The notes: generated by a model from the letters alone, not told the origin. A stretch of 64,000 bases of DNA from an uncultured Actinomycetota bacterium (GCA_963801065.1 CAWDDG010000009.1:18721-82720); one strand, 5' to 3'. Shown: positions 19,261 to 30,268, numbered from the stretch's first letter. A program made the numbers and translations.

Positions 19261-19668
19261 TCACAGGGCCGGGAACCAGAGGGCGACCTCGCGCTGTGCC
19301 GCCTCGGCGGAGTCGGAACCGTGCACGAGGTTCTCCGACGTCGACAGCGCAAGGTCGCCACGGACCGTGCCCGCCGCGGCCTTGCGCCCATCGGTCGCGC
19401 CGTTCATGGCCCGCACGACGTCGACCGCGGCGTCGCCGGCCAGCACCATGGCGACCAGCGAGCCGCCGGTGATGAACTCCCGGAGCGCCGGGTAGAAGGG
19501 CTTCTCGACGTGCTCGGCGTAGTGGGCGTCGGACAACGTCGAGTCCACCACGCGCTGGTCCATGGCCACGATGGTGAGTCCCTTGCGCTCGTAGCGGCCG
19601 AGGATCTCGCCCACCAGGCCGCGGCGGACGGCATCGGGCTTGATGAGGACGAGCGTCTGCTCGGACAC
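19261..19668 (-). CDS. ndk: nucleoside-diphosphate kinase
   Basis: A GTG at 19668 is preceded by AGGAGA. (M)SEQTLVLIKPDAVRRGLVGEILGRYERKG...NLVHGSDS is a canonical Ndk. Confidence 0.95.
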   Translation of the reverse strand: MSEQTLVLIKPDAVRRGLVGEILGRYERKGLTIVAMDQRVVDSTLSDAHYAEHVEKPFYPALREFITGGSLVAMVLAGDAAVDVVRAMNGATDGRKAAAGTVRGDLALSTSENLVHGSDSAEAAQREVALWFPAL

Positions 19669-19801
19669 GAGATTCTCCTGTGGGCGGACGATTGATACGA
19701 CCGGCCGAACCCTAGTCATCGGCCTGGGCCGGCGGCCACCCGGACGGCCTCGTGTGTGACGCTCGGCTGCCGCTCCGCCCAGCTAGCGGAGCATCGGGCA
19801 G

Positions 19802-20143
19802 TCAGCCTTCCGGACGCTCCTGCCGGGCGGCCTCGGCCGCTTCGACCTTGCGACCCAGACGCAGCGTGAGGAACCACAGCAGCGCGAAAATGCCACCGAG
19901 GACGAACATCACAGGCACGACCAGGCCCAATCCGATGACGACGACCTGCAGGGCCGAGCCGAGGTAGTAGCCGAACGGACCTCGTCGCAGCAGCGCTGCC
20001 GCGACCACGCACGTCACCGCGACGCCGAGCCCAGCCGGAACGGCCGTCGACGCGTCGACATCGGAGATCGAGACGGCTACGGGTATCGCCAGCGCGACCA
20101 CCAGGGCCTCGACGGAGAGCACCATCGCGGCGATGCGGCTCAC
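19802..20143 (-). CDS. DUF4233-type small membrane protein
   Basis: 113 aa with 3-4 TM helices. It has the usual actinobacterial position between folC and ndk and overlaps folC by 4 nt. Confidence 0.75.
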   Translation of the reverse strand: MSRIAAMVLSVEALVVALAIPVAVSISDVDASTAVPAGLGVAVTCVVAAALLRRGPFGYYLGSALQVVVIGLGLVVPVMFVLGGIFALLWFLTLRLGRKVEAAEAARQERPEG

Positions 20144-21498
20144 GAGTTCCTCCTGAGCAGCCCGCGAGCGTCGCCTGCGGTCACGACGGATCCCGTGACG
20201 AGCACGCCGCCACCGCCGAGAGGGGCTTCCCGCTCGGCGAGGCCGACGGCGATCTCGATGGCCTCGGGCAGCGTCGACCCCTGATAGACGCGGTCCTCAC
20301 CGAACGCCTGAAGGGCCAGCATGGCCAGGTCGTCGACGGGCATCGACCGCGGCGACGAGTTCTCGGTCGCCACGACCAGGTCGACGACCGCCGCTAGCTC
20401 CATCAGGATGCCCAGCACGTCCTTGTCGCGCAATGCAGCGACCACAGCCACCAGGCTGCCGAACGTGAACTCCTCGCTGATCGCCTCGGCCAGTGCGCGC
20501 GCACCGGCCGGATTGTGTGCCGCATCGACGAGCACGGTGGGGCTTCGCCGCAGCACCTCCAGACGGCCCGGCGACACGGTGCGAGCGAAGGCCGCCCGCA
20601 CCGCGTCGCCGTCGAGCGGATCGCGGCCTCCACCGAGGAACGCCTCGACCGCAGCCAACGCGCACGCCGCGTTCTGCGCCTGATGCGCGCCGTGCAGCGG
20701 CAGGAACACCTCGTCGTAGAACCCGGCCAAGCCCTGCAGCCCGAGCAACTGGCCGCCGACCGCCACCTCGCGAGTCCGCACGCCGAACTCCAGGCCCTCC
20801 CGCGCGATCGTCGCACCCGCCTCGGCGGCGCGTCTCAACAACACCTCCGCTGCCCCCTCGACCTGCCGGGCGAGCACGGCAACGGCGCCGGGCTTGATGA
20901 TCCCCGCCTTCTCGGCCGCGATCTGCTCCACGGTCTCGCCGAGATACTCGGCATGGTCCACGGCAACAGGGGTGACGACGGCAACCCGGCCGTCGGCCAC
21001 ATTGGTCGCATCCCAGGAGCCGCCCATCCCGACCTCCACGACAGCAGCGTCGACCGGAGCATCGGCGAACGCCGCGTAGGCCATGGCCGTCAACACCTCG
21101 AAGAAGGACAGCCGCACCTTGTGCCGCTCGTCGACCAGGTCGAGGTAGGGAGCAACCTCCGCGTACGCGGCCGCGAAACGTTCGGCGTCGACGGGTTCAC
21201 CGTCGAGGCAGATCCGCTCCGTGATCGACTCGAGATGCGGACTGGTGAAGCGCCCGGTGCGCAGGTTGTGCTCACGGAGAAGCTCGTCGACCATCCGTGC
21301 GGTCGACGTCTTGCCGTTGGTGCCGCCGACGTGGATCACCGGGTAGGTGTGCTGAGGGTTGCCCAGCAGGTCGACCAGGTCGCGGATGCGCACCAGTGAG
21401 GGTTCGATCCGGGACTCCGGCCACCGCGTGGCCAGAGCCGCCTCGACCTCGCGTAGCGCGGCGGCACCTGCCGCGCGGCCCGTCTGGTCGTGCGTCAC
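20140..21498 (-). CDS. folC: bifunctional folylpolyglutamate synthase / dihydrofolate synthase
   Basis: 452 aa, Mur-ligase type, with the P-loop VIHVGGTNGKTSTARM. Confidence 0.92.
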   Translation of the reverse strand: MTHDQTGRAAGAAALREVEAALATRWPESRIEPSLVRIRDLVDLLGNPQHTYPVIHVGGTNGKTSTARMVDELLREHNLRTGRFTSPHLESITERICLDGEPVDAERFAAAYAEVAPYLDLVDERHKVRLSFFEVLTAMAYAAFADAPVDAAVVEVGMGGSWDATNVADGRVAVVTPVAVDHAEYLGETVEQIAAEKAGIIKPGAVAVLARQVEGAAEVLLRRAAEAGATIAREGLEFGVRTREVAVGGQLLGLQGLAGFYDEVFLPLHGAHQAQNAACALAAVEAFLGGGRDPLDGDAVRAAFARTVSPGRLEVLRRSPTVLVDAAHNPAGARALAEAISEEFTFGSLVAVVAALRDKDVLGILMELAAVVDLVVATENSSPRSMPVDDLAMLALQAFGEDRVYQGSTLPEAIEIAVGLAEREAPLGGGGVLVTGSVVTAGDARGLLRRNS

Positions 21499-21556
21499 CG
21501 ATGCGTCACCCGCCTTGGGGACAGTTCGTCGCGAACCTGCCTCCTGCGCACGACCG

Positions 21557-24190
21557 TCAGCTACTGAGTGCGCCGAGCTGGGCCTCGATCCTCGCGATGT
21601 CGGCTTCGGCTGCGGTGCGACGGTCCCGGATCCTGGCTACCACGGCGTCGGGAGCCTTGGCGAGGAACTGCTCGTTGTCGAGCTTGACGGCCGCCTGCGT
21701 CAGCTCCTTTCGGGCCGCCGCGAGGTCCTTCTCCATCCGGCGGCGCTCGGCCCCGACATCGATCGTCCCGGAGACGTCGATCTCCACCGTCACGCGGCCT
21801 ATCTGCAGCGACGCAGTGGGTGCGAAGCGTTCCGCGGGTACGTCGAGCCAGGTGAGCGCCCTGATCTCGGTCTCGTGGTGGCTGATCGGACCCTCACCGC
21901 CGCCGACGAGCCGCGCCGCGACGCGCTGGCGGGGCTTGAGGCCTTGGTCGCTGCGGAACCGCCGCACCTCGGTGACCAACCGCTGGATCGCGGCGACGGC
22001 GGCCTCGGCCTCGGCGTCCGTCCGCGTTCGATCGGCGACCGGCCAGGAGGCGACGACCAGCGACTCCGCGCCGGTCAGCGCCGTCCACAGCTCCTCGGTC
22101 ACGAACGGCGCCAGCGGATGGAGGAGCCGCAGCAGGGTGTCGAGCACGTGGCCCAGTACGAGCCGTGTGCGCTCCGCCGCCTCTCCGCCTGCCGCAAGTG
22201 GCGTCTTGACGAGCTCGACATACCAGTCGCAGAACTCGTCCCAGGCGAACCGGAACAGCGCTTCGGACGCCTTCGCGAACTGGTAGCCCTCGTAGTACGA
22301 GTCGACCTCGGCGACCGTCGTGTGCAACCTGGACAGGATCCAGCGGTCCGGGTCGGACAACGTCTCGGCGGGTGGGACCTCGCCGACGTGGGCGCCGTTG
22401 AGCAGAGCGAACCGCGTGGCGTTCCAGAGCTTGTTGCAGAAGTTGCGGGAGGCCTGGACCCAATCGACGCTCACCGAGACGTCGACGCCGGGGTTCGCGC
22501 CACGGGCCAGCGTGAAGCGGACTGCGTCGGCGCCGTAGGCGTCCATCCACTCCAGCGGATCGACGGTGTTGCCCCGCGACTTGCTCATCTTCTTGCCGTA
22601 CTGGTCCCGGACCAGCCCGTGCAGCGCGAGGTGACGGAACGGGGCGGACTGCTCTGCGTTCCGCCCGTCGGCGTCGGTCATCGCGTAAAGGCCGAACATC
22701 ATCATCCGGGCGACCCAGAAGAAGATGATGTCGTAGCCGGTGACCATCACGCTGGTCGGATAGAACCGGCGCAGGTCGTCGGTGTCGTCGGGCCAGCCGA
22801 GTGTCGAGAACGGCCACAGCGCGGAGGAGAACCACGTGTCGAGGACATCGGGGTCCTGCGCCCAGCCCTCGCCCGATGGCGGCGGCTCGCCCGGCCCGAC
22901 GCACACCATCTGGCCGTCGGGACCGTGCCAGACCGGGATCCGGTGCCCCCACCAGAGTTGCCGGCTGATGCACCAGTCGTGCATGTTGTCGACCCACTCG
23001 AAGTAGCGGGCCTCCATGGTCTTCGGGTGGACGGTGACGCGGCCGTCGCGGATCGCGTCACCCGCGGCCTTCGCCAGCGGCGCCACGCCCACGAACCACT
23101 GGGTGGACAGCCGCGGCTCGATGACGGTGTCGCAGCGCGAGCAGTGCCCGACGGCGTGGATGTAGGGCCGCTTCTCGGCGACGATCCTGCCCTCTTCGCG
23201 CAACGCGGCCACAACGGCCGGGCGAGCCTCGAAGCGATCGAGCCCCTCGAACGGGCCCGGCGCCGTGATGACGCCCCGTTCATCCATGATCGTGAGGTTC
23301 GGCAGGCCGTGTCGCTGGCCGATCTCGAAGTCGTTGGGATCGTGGGCCGGCGTGACCTTGACCGCGCCGGTTCCGAACGTGGGGTCGACATGTGGGTCGG
23401 CCAATACGGGGATCCGACGGCCCGTCAGCGGTAGCTCGACCTCGGTGCCGACCAGGTGGCGGTAGCGGTCGTCATCGGGATGGACGGCGACGCCGGTGTC
23501 GCCCAGCATCGTCTCCGCGCGGGTCGTCACAACGACGATCGCCGAATCGCCGCTGCCGTACCGGATCGAGATCAGCTCGCCGTTGTCGTCACTGTGGTCG
23601 ACCTCGATGTCGGACAACGCGGTCAGGCATCGGGGGCACCAGTTGATGATGCGTTCGGCGCGATAGATGAGCCCGTCGTCGTAGAGCCGCTTGAAGATCG
23701 TCTGGACGGCGCGGGACAGGCCGTCGTCCATGGTGAAACGCTCACGGCTCCAGTCGACGCTGTCGCCGAGCCGGCGCATCTGGCCGAGGATCTGGCCGCC
23801 GTACTCTTCCTTCCACTGCCAGACCCGGGCAACGAACCCGTCGCGGCCCAGATCCTGCTTGTTCAGACCCTCTGTCTCGAACAGATGCCGCTCGACCAGC
23901 GTCTGGGTGCCGATGCCGGCGTGGTCCATGCCGGGTAGCCAGAGCGTCTCGTACCCCTGCATCCGGCGGCGCCGCACCAGCGCGTCCATCAGCGTGTGAC
24001 CCAGGGCGTGCCCGATGTGCAGGGACCCGGTGACGTTCGGAGGCGGGATCACGATGCAGTACGCAGGCTTTTCTGACGACGCGTCGGCGGAGAAGTAGCC
24101 GCGCTCGACCCAGCGCTCGTACAGCGGACCCTCTACCTCTGCCGGTGCGAACGCGGTCGGCAGGTTGGTGGGGCGAGTCGTCTCGGTCAC
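21557..24190 (-). CDS. valS: valine--tRNA ligase
   Basis: 877 aa with the HIGH motif ([14 protein letters not shown]), KMSKS ([10 protein letters not shown]) and a C-terminal coiled coil. Confidence 0.97.
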   Translation of the reverse strand: MTETTRPTNLPTAFAPAEVEGPLYERWVERGYFSADASSEKPAYCIVIPPPNVTGSLHIGHALGHTLMDALVRRRRMQGYETLWLPGMDHAGIGTQTLVERHLFETEGLNKQDLGRDGFVARVWQWKEEYGGQILGQMRRLGDSVDWSRERFTMDDGLSRAVQTIFKRLYDDGLIYRAERIINWCPRCLTALSDIEVDHSDDNGELISIRYGSGDSAIVVVTTRAETMLGDTGVAVHPDDDRYRHLVGTEVELPLTGRRIPVLADPHVDPTFGTGAVKVTPAHDPNDFEIGQRHGLPNLTIMDERGVITAPGPFEGLDRFEARPAVVAALREEGRIVAEKRPYIHAVGHCSRCDTVIEPRLSTQWFVGVAPLAKAAGDAIRDGRVTVHPKTMEARYFEWVDNMHDWCISRQLWWGHRIPVWHGPDGQMVCVGPGEPPPSGEGWAQDPDVLDTWFSSALWPFSTLGWPDDTDDLRRFYPTSVMVTGYDIIFFWVARMMMFGLYAMTDADGRNAEQSAPFRHLALHGLVRDQYGKKMSKSRGNTVDPLEWMDAYGADAVRFTLARGANPGVDVSVSVDWVQASRNFCNKLWNATRFALLNGAHVGEVPPAETLSDPDRWILSRLHTTVAEVDSYYEGYQFAKASEALFRFAWDEFCDWYVELVKTPLAAGGEAAERTRLVLGHVLDTLLRLLHPLAPFVTEELWTALTGAESLVVASWPVADRTRTDAEAEAAVAAIQRLVTEVRRFRSDQGLKPRQRVAARLVGGGEGPISHHETEIRALTWLDVPAERFAPTASLQIGRVTVEIDVSGTIDVGAERRRMEKDLAAARKELTQAAVKLDNEQFLAKAPDAVVARIRDRRTAAEADIARIEAQLGALSS

Positions 24191-24331
24191 CCAGGAAGTC
24201 TACGGACTCTCACCAGATGCCGACGCGTTCGTTCACCGGCCTCCACAGGCCGTCGCCTTCCCGCACCATTGCCGCGCATACGTGCGCGCGCACCTGATGA
24301 GCAACCGCTTCATGGAAGGCGGGACGACCCG

Positions 24332-25624
24332 TCAGGCGCTCTTTTCGCGGCGCTCCCGCTTGCGCGGCGCGACCTCGCGAGGAACCAGGGTCGGGTTGAC
24401 GTTCTCCAGCACGACCTCGCGGTTGATGACCACGCGTGCGACGTCGTCGCGGCTGGGCACCTCGTACATCACGTGGAGGAGGACCTCCTCCATGATCGCT
24501 CGCAGGCCCCGGGCGCCGGTGCCCCGGAGCAGCGCCTGGTCGGCGACCGCCTCGATGGCGTCGTCGGTGAACTCCAGTTCGACGCTGTCGATCTCGAACA
24601 GCCGGTGGTACTGCTTGACCAGGGCGTTGCGTGGCTCGCAGAGGATCCGGATCAGGGCGTCGCGGTCGAGCGGGCTGACCGTGGTGATGACCGGCAGCCT
24701 GCCGATGAACTCGGGGATCAGGCCGAACTTCAGCAGGTCCTCCGGCATGACCTCGCCGAACCGGTCGCTGCTGTCGCGCTCGGCCTTGCTGCGGATCTCG
24801 CCGCCGAACCCCAGGCCGTGACGACCGATCCGGTGCTCGATGATCTCCTCGAGCCCGGCGAAGGCGCCGCCCACGACGAACAGGACGTTCGTCGTGTCGA
24901 TCTGGATGAACTCCTGGTGCGGGTGCTTGCGCCCGCCTTGCGGTGGGACGCTGGCCGTGGTGCCCTCGAGGATCTTCAGCAGGGCCTGCTGGACGCCCTC
25001 TCCCGAGACGTCCCTGGTGATCGACGGGTTCTCGCTCTTGCGGGCGATCTTGTCGACCTCGTCGATGTAGATGATGCCGGTCTCGGCCTTCTTGACGTCG
25101 TAGTCCGCTGCCTGGATGAGCTTGAGCAGGATGTTCTCGACGTCCTCGCCCACGTAGCCGGCCTCGGTGAGCGCCGTGGCGTCGGCGATGGCGAACGGCA
25201 CGTTGAGCAGCCGGGCCAGGGTCTGGGCGAGATATGTCTTGCCGCACCCGGTGGGTCCGATCAGCAAGATGTTGGACTTCGCCAGCTCCACGGCCTCTTC
25301 CTTGGCCGCCCTGGGACCACCCGCCTGGCGTGCCTGGACCCGCTTGTAGTGGTTGTACACGGCGACCGAGAGGGCCTTCTTGGCGATCTCCTGGCCGATC
25401 ACATACTGCTCGAGGAACTCGTAGATCTCACGAGGCTTGGGCAGCTCGGAAAGACCCACATCGGGGCTCTCGCTGAGCTCTTCCTCGATGATCTCGTTGC
25501 ACAGATCGATGCACTCGTCGCAGATGTAGACCCCGGGGCCGGCAATGAGCTTCTTGACCTGCTTCTGGCTCTTTCCGCAGAACGAGCACTTCAGCAGGTC
25601 ACCGCCGTCGCCGATGCGTGCCAC
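24332..25624 (-). CDS. clpX: ATP-dependent Clp protease ATP-binding subunit ClpX
   Basis: A GTG at 25624 gives (M)[41 protein letters not shown] (zinc finger). It has Walker A GPTGCGKT and is 430 aa. The rest of ORF 24332..26554 is out-of-frame read-through. Confidence 0.97.
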   Translation of the reverse strand: MARIGDGGDLLKCSFCGKSQKQVKKLIAGPGVYICDECIDLCNEIIEEELSESPDVGLSELPKPREIYEFLEQYVIGQEIAKKALSVAVYNHYKRVQARQAGGPRAAKEEAVELAKSNILLIGPTGCGKTYLAQTLARLLNVPFAIADATALTEAGYVGEDVENILLKLIQAADYDVKKAETGIIYIDEVDKIARKSENPSITRDVSGEGVQQALLKILEGTTASVPPQGGRKHPHQEFIQIDTTNVLFVVGGAFAGLEEIIEHRIGRHGLGFGGEIRSKAERDSSDRFGEVMPEDLLKFGLIPEFIGRLPVITTVSPLDRDALIRILCEPRNALVKQYHRLFEIDSVELEFTDDAIEAVADQALLRGTGARGLRAIMEEVLLHVMYEVPSRDDVARVVINREVVLENVNPTLVPREVAPRKRERREKSA

Positions 25625-25710
25625 GCGGATCGTCCTTCCCGGGAGCGGTGCCCATGGGCCGTGTGTCTCGACGGTACCCCTTCGAGCCGACGAGCGGGCC
25701 CGCGGCGCGC

Positions 25711-25738
25711 GACGGCGTGCCGGTTCCGGCACGCCGTC
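25711..25738 (-). terminator. perfect 13-bp-stem palindrome just after clpP2 (intercistronic hairpin or terminator)
   Basis: GACGGCGTGCCGG-TT-CCGGCACGCCGTC lies 11 nt downstream of the clpP2 stop. There is no U-tract. Confidence 0.4.
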
Positions 25739-25749
25739 GCCTTGCGCCG

Positions 25750-26379
25750 TCAGGCGACCGCGCTGGCCTTGCGGGAGGTGGTGAACGCGTCGACGAGGCC
25801 GTAGTCGATCGCTTCCTGCGTGGTCAGGATCTTGTCGCGCTCGATGTCCTTGCGGACCTCGTCGACGTCCTTCCCGGTGTGGCGGGCGATGATCTCCTCC
25901 AGCAGGGAGCGCATGCGCAGAATCTCGTTGGCCTGGATCTCGATGTCGCTGGCCGCACCGTACGCACCCTCGGTGTAGGGCTGGTGGATCAGGACCCGCG
26001 CATTGGGTACCGCGAGCCGTTTGCCCTTGGCACCCGCCGCCAGCAGCACCGCGGCCGCGGAGGCGGCCTGACCCATGCAGACCGTGCGGATATCGGGCTT
26101 GATGAACTGCATCGTGTCGTAGATGGTCGTCATCGCCGTGAACGATCCACCCGGCGAGTTGATGTAGATGTCGATGTCGCGGTCGGGGTCCATCGACTCC
26201 AGCGACATCAACTGAGCCATGACGGCGTTGGCGACGTCGTCGGAGATCGGCGTGCCGAGGATGATGATGCGCTCCTCGAACAGCTTTGCGTACGGGTCGA
26301 TCCGCCGGAAACCGTAGGAGGTGCGCTCCTCCCATTGCGGGATGTAGTAGTTCATCGAAGGGACCTGGATGTCGCTCAT
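25750..26379 (-). CDS. clpP2: ATP-dependent Clp protease proteolytic subunit 2
   Basis: From the ATG at 26379 ([23 protein letters not shown]...). It has the catalytic context [15 protein letters not shown] and VLIHQP. Confidence 0.95.
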   Translation of the reverse strand: MSDIQVPSMNYYIPQWEERTSYGFRRIDPYAKLFEERIIILGTPISDDVANAVMAQLMSLESMDPDRDIDIYINSPGGSFTAMTTIYDTMQFIKPDIRTVCMGQAASAAAVLLAAGAKGKRLAVPNARVLIHQPYTEGAYGAASDIEIQANEILRMRSLLEEIIARHTGKDVDEVRKDIERDKILTTQEAIDYGLVDAFTTSRKASAVA

Positions 26380-26429
26380 CGGGGCTCCTGGGCTCAAGTC
26401 GGTGTGAAGTCTGCCGGCAGCGCGGACGG

Positions 26430-27071
26430 CTATGCCGTGCCGCCGCCCTCGGAGACCTGGGAGGCGCTTTGGACGACATGGTCGACGAAGCCGTACTCCA
26501 TGGCCTCCTCGGCGGTGAACCACCGGTCGCGGTCGGAGTCGCGGTCGATCTCATCGACCGTTCGCCCGGTGTGACGGGCGATCAGCTCGGCCATCTGGCG
26601 CTTGGTGTGCAGCATCTGCTCGGCCTGGATCCGGATGTCGCTCGCGGACCCGCCCATGCCGCCGGACGGCTGGTGCATCATGATCCGCGCGTGCGGGGTC
26701 GCGTAGCGCTTGCCCTTCGTGCCCGCAGCCAGCAGGAACTGGCCCATCGACGCGGCCAGGCCCATCGCCACCGTGACGACGTCGGGCTTGACGAACTGCA
26801 TGGTGTCGTAGATCGCCATGCCCGCCGACACCGAGCCGCCGGGCGAGTTGATGTACAGGTGGACGTCCTTGGTGGGGTCCTCAGCCGCGAGAAGGAGTAG
26901 CTGGGCGCAGATGGCGTTGGCGTTCTCGTCCTTGACCTCGGTGCCGAGGAAGATGATCCGCTCCCGCAACAGGCGGTTGTAGACGTTGTCCTCCAGGCCC
27001 ATCGCCGAGCCTGGGGACTGCTGCATCGTGGCAGGGAGGACGAGACCGGATGTCTCGGGCCGTGGGCTCAC
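26430..27071 (-). CDS. clpP1: ATP-dependent Clp protease proteolytic subunit 1
   Basis: 213 aa with a GTG start, containing [15 protein letters not shown] and IMMHQPSGG. Confidence 0.95.
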   Translation of the reverse strand: MSPRPETSGLVLPATMQQSPGSAMGLEDNVYNRLLRERIIFLGTEVKDENANAICAQLLLLAAEDPTKDVHLYINSPGGSVSAGMAIYDTMQFVKPDVVTVAMGLAASMGQFLLAAGTKGKRYATPHARIMMHQPSGGMGGSASDIRIQAEQMLHTKRQMAELIARHTGRTVDEIDRDSDRDRWFTAEEAMEYGFVDHVVQSASQVSEGGGTA

Positions 27072-27163
27072 CGTGTCTCCTCGGTCGGGTTCGTTGACGA
27101 CCTTCCAGCCGTCAGGCGGTTCGTGGTTGGTATGTCATCGACCCTAACCATCCCCGACGGCCG

Positions 27164-27198
27164 CGCCATCCGAGAACGGCCCCTGTTCGCTCACGGCG
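27164..27198. promoter_or_regulatory. two inverted ClgR-operator-like boxes upstream of clpP1
   Basis: GTTCGC-TCACG-GCG lies at 27185-27198. On the other strand, GTTCTC-GGATG-GCG lies at 27164-27177. A minus-strand -10-like TAGGGT (27141-27146) lies just downstream. Confidence 0.35.
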
Positions 27199-27287
27199 TG
27201 CCGGACCGCTATCGGCCTCCCGGACGCCTGGAGGGTTCCCACGTCTCCACCCGGAGCTAGGCGTGGGAAACCCGCCGGTGGCGCTCT

Positions 27288-28664
27288 CTACCGCGTCTCC
27301 TCGGTGGTGTCGGCGGCATCGACGTCCTCGGGCGCCGGCTCGTCGAGCTCGGCGAACTCGATCTCCGGAATGCCCGCGTCCCCGCCCGGCTCGCCCAGCG
27401 TGCCGTCCTCCCGGAGCCGGTCCAACTCGACCGGGTGTCCCGACGCGTCGACCACCTTCGCCTTCTCGACGACCAGGGCGAGCGCCTTACTGCGCGCGAC
27501 GTCGGCCACCAGCGCCGGCAGGTTGCCACTCTGGACGTACTGCTGGGCCAGCTGGTTCGGGTCGATGCCGGACGTGGACGACCGCTGGATGATGTAGGAG
27601 GTCAGCTCCTCTTGCGAGACCTGCAGCTCCTCGGCCCTGACCAGCTCGTCGAGGACGAACTGCGAAGTCAGGTTGCGGCGCAGGTCCTTCTCGAACTCGC
27701 CGCGGTGATCGTCGTCGCCGTGGCCGTCGCTGAAGTGCTCCTCGATCTGCGCTGCGACGACGCCCTCCGGAAGCGGGACCTCTCCCGCCCGTCCGAGGAG
27801 CAAGTCGAGCGTCCTGTCGCGGGCCTCGACGGCCTGCTGCAACCGCTTGACCTGCTCGGCGCGCTCACGGAGGTCTGCGCGCAGTTCGTCGAGGGTGTCG
27901 AACTCGCTCGCCATCTGCGCGAACTCGTCATCGAGCTCGGGCAGCTGCTGCTCCTTGACTGCACCGACGGTGACCGTGCAGTCGACCTCCTCGCCGGCGT
28001 TGGTACCGAGCAGGGTGGTCCGGAACGTGGCCGACTCGCCAGCCGACAGACCGGTCACGGCGTCGTCGATGCCGTCGACCAGCTGTCCGCTGCCGATCTG
28101 GTACGAGACGCCGGTGGCCTGGCCGCCCTCGACCAGCTCGCCGTCCCGGGTCGCTTCGAGGTCGACCGTGACGAAGTCGCCGGCGGCTGCGGGGCGGTCG
28201 ACGCCGACGAGGGTTCCGAACCGCGAGCGCAGCTGGCTCATCTGCTGGTCGACGTCGTCGTCGGTCACCTCGACCTCGGGGACCTCGACCTGCAGTCCCT
28301 CCCACTCCGGGAGAGTCACGGTCGGCCGCACGTCGACCTCGACGGTGAACTTCAGCTCCTGGCCGTCTGCGAACTCGGTGACATCGACCTCGGGCTGGCC
28401 CAGCGGCTTGAGCTCGTTGTCCTCCACCGCCTGGCCGTACAGCTTCGGCAGCGCCTCGTTGACGGCCTCGTCGAGGACGGCGGGGCGGCCGACGCGCTGG
28501 TCGATGACCAACGGCGGCACCTTGCCCTTGCGAAACCCGGGAATCGTCACCTGGGCCGCGATCCGCCGGTACGCGGACTTGATGTTGGGCTCGAGCTCCG
28601 CGAACGGGACCTCGACCGCGAGCCGGACCCGCGTCGGGTTGAGGGTCTCGACGACGCTCTTCAC
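27288..28664 (-). CDS. tig: trigger factor
   Basis: A GTG at 28664 is preceded by AGGAGA. (M)KSVVETLNPTRVRLAVEVPFAELEPNIKSAYRRIAAQVTIPGFRKGKVP is the canonical Tig N-terminus. It is 458 aa with an acidic tail. Confidence 0.95.
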   Translation of the reverse strand: MKSVVETLNPTRVRLAVEVPFAELEPNIKSAYRRIAAQVTIPGFRKGKVPPLVIDQRVGRPAVLDEAVNEALPKLYGQAVEDNELKPLGQPEVDVTEFADGQELKFTVEVDVRPTVTLPEWEGLQVEVPEVEVTDDDVDQQMSQLRSRFGTLVGVDRPAAAGDFVTVDLEATRDGELVEGGQATGVSYQIGSGQLVDGIDDAVTGLSAGESATFRTTLLGTNAGEEVDCTVTVGAVKEQQLPELDDEFAQMASEFDTLDELRADLRERAEQVKRLQQAVEARDRTLDLLLGRAGEVPLPEGVVAAQIEEHFSDGHGDDDHRGEFEKDLRRNLTSQFVLDELVRAEELQVSQEELTSYIIQRSSTSGIDPNQLAQQYVQSGNLPALVADVARSKALALVVEKAKVVDASGHPVELDRLREDGTLGEPGGDAGIPEIEFAELDEPAPEDVDAADTTEETR

Positions 28665-28785
28665 TAGGGAGTTCTCCTGGAGGTCTGGATCGGCGCACGC
28701 GTAGCGCGGCGAACATGGACGGCCGACCGGATGTCGGCGCAAGCTCCCATGGTACCGGTCCGTGGCGGACCCAGCCGTCACCGTC

Positions 28786-28862
28786 TGGTCGGGGTACCCG
28801 GACTTGAACCGGGGGCCTTCCGCTCCCAAAGCGGACGCGCTACCAAGCTGCGCCATACCCCG
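28786..28862 (-). tRNA. tRNA-Pro (anticodon TGG), CCA encoded
   Basis: I folded the cloverleaf by hand. The acceptor is CGGGGTA/TACCCCG, the D-stem GCGC/GCGC, the anticodon stem TCCGC/GCGGA with loop TTTGGGA, and the T-arm CCCGG-TTCAAGT-CCGGG. Confidence 0.9.
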
Positions 28863-29048
28863 CAAAATCCCCGCTCCCGGACTCGGGACGCGCGGGCGTT
28901 CGTGCCTGTCAAGACTACGCCCTCGTCCTGGGGCCGCCCGAAACCCGGTGCATCGCGTCACCCTGGCCAGGCGGGCCGTTGCAGACGGCGTGACCAGCTA
29001 GAATGCTCGCGAACCGGGCACCGCCGAGGCATGCGGCCGCCCGGTCCT

Positions 29049-29122
29049 GCGGGTGTAGCTCAATGGCAGAGCCCCAGCCTTCCAAGCTGGCCATGCGGGT
29101 TCGATTCCCGTCACCCGCTCCA
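29049..29122 (+). tRNA. tRNA-Gly (anticodon TCC), CCA encoded
   Basis: The acceptor is GCGGGTG/CACCCGC, the D-arm GCTC-AATGGCA-GAGC, the anticodon stem CCAGC/GCTGG with loop CTTCCAA, and the T-loop TTCGATT. A TAGAAT -10-like hexamer lies about 45 nt upstream. Confidence 0.9.
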
Positions 29123-29225
29123 CGCAAAGCCGCAGGTCACGCCACCTCGGCGAAACCCGCGGCTGCTTCGAGCCAGACCGAACCGTCGGGTCTCGTGCCC
29201 GCGACGTGCCCGCCACTTGTCCTCG

Positions 29226-30014
29226 CTAGTCGTCCAGGCTTCCCATGGTCAAGTTGACGATTGTTCCAGTCATCCCGCTCGCCTGATCGGAAGCCACAAA
29301 GACCGCCATGTTAGCCAGCTCCGCGAGCGTCGAAAGCCGTCGCGTGTGGGTCCTGCTTGCGCCTAAATCGTGGAATTGTTCCCAGGTCATTCCCGATGCC
29401 TTGGCGTAAACCCCGAAGCTCTCCTTGATCCTGGGTGTCTCCGGCATCCCCTGTGGTCGCAGACCGACCACGCGAATGCCCTGAGGTGCGAGCTCGGCGG
29501 AAAGACTGCGAGTGAGCGACTCCACGGCGGACATCGCTGGACCGCCGCCTCCGATGAAGGGGATGCCCGTCCGTGAAGGGATTGAGGTAACGGTCATGAT
29601 CACCCCCGATTTGTTCGCGACCATCCGCCGGGCGGCCAGGCGTGCGGTCAGGAAGTACGACCTCGTGTAGGTGGCAATCGGCCGGGAGAACTGCTCGACA
29701 TCCAGCTCGACGAGGGGCACACGAGTCTTCGGATTCGGGATGCCGACCGCGTTGAACGAGATGTCGACGCGGCCCGCCTTGTCGATCACCGACTGTAGAT
29801 GCTGGTCCACAGCCTGCTCATCGAGAGCGTCGACCTCCGCCGCCGCGGCGGTTCCGCCGGCGGAAACGACTTCCTTGGCGACAACTCCGACGGGCGCCAG
29901 GTGGCGCCCGGTGAGAAAAAGCTTGGCCCCCTCAGACGCAAAGGCGCGTGCGACAGCACCGCCGATCGCACCTCCGGCTCCGTAGATCACCGCAACCTTG
30001 TCCTTCAGCAACAT
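29226..30014 (-). CDS. SDR-family oxidoreductase
   Basis: From the ATG at 30014 (MLLKDKVAVIYGAGGAIGGAVARAFASEGAKLFLTGR...), 262 aa with a Rossmann G-rich motif. Confidence 0.85.
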   Translation of the reverse strand: MLLKDKVAVIYGAGGAIGGAVARAFASEGAKLFLTGRHLAPVGVVAKEVVSAGGTAAAAEVDALDEQAVDQHLQSVIDKAGRVDISFNAVGIPNPKTRVPLVELDVEQFSRPIATYTRSYFLTARLAARRMVANKSGVIMTVTSIPSRTGIPFIGGGGPAMSAVESLTRSLSAELAPQGIRVVGLRPQGMPETPRIKESFGVYAKASGMTWEQFHDLGASRTHTRRLSTLAELANMAVFVASDQASGMTGTIVNLTMGSLDD

Positions 30015-30268
30015 CTCTGGGTTCCTTTCTGCGCCCGGGTGGTCACACCCGCCCACCTCATCAATGAGGACCGACGGCTGAGACTCATCTGCGCGTGGCT
30101 GCCTTGTTCGCCATCCGTCGACGTCCGGATCGTCCGAGCCGTCGATGATGCAGACACCGCGACGTCGGGAAACTGGGCGCCCACCGACCGCCCAGTTCGC
30201 CCCTCGGCCGGTGTCTATACAGGATGGAAGTGCGACAAGGTGCGGGAAGAACGTGACGCAAGGGTGGA

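Noticed and set aside
21359-23434. 691-aa plus-strand ORF opposite valS
   Set aside because: It is a shadow ORF. valS on the minus strand carries HIGH and KMSKS motifs over the same DNA.
24191-24331. Leader regions of valS (and of folC and meaA), inspected for T-box, THF or cobalamin riboswitch features
   Set aside because: I could not recognise a specifier/T-box sequence or conserved riboswitch cores by eye. An Rfam scan would be needed to exclude them.
24332-26554. 740-aa ORF suggesting a giant ClpX with a 310-aa N-terminal extension
   Set aside because: The extension runs out of frame through clpP2 and is R/P-rich. ClpX begins at the GTG at 25624, with its zinc-finger N-terminus.
27288-28961. 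557-aa ORF extending trigger factor upstream across the tRNA-Pro gene
   Set aside because: The extension translates a tRNA gene (…GYPDQT…). The GTG at 28664, with AGGAGA upstream, gives a normal-length Tig.
29123-29225. Search for an integrase gene or an att-like repeat of the tRNA-Gly 3' end downstream of the tRNA pair
   Set aside because: There is no tyrosine or serine recombinase-like ORF anywhere in the window, and I found no convincing repeat of the tRNA 3' end by eye.
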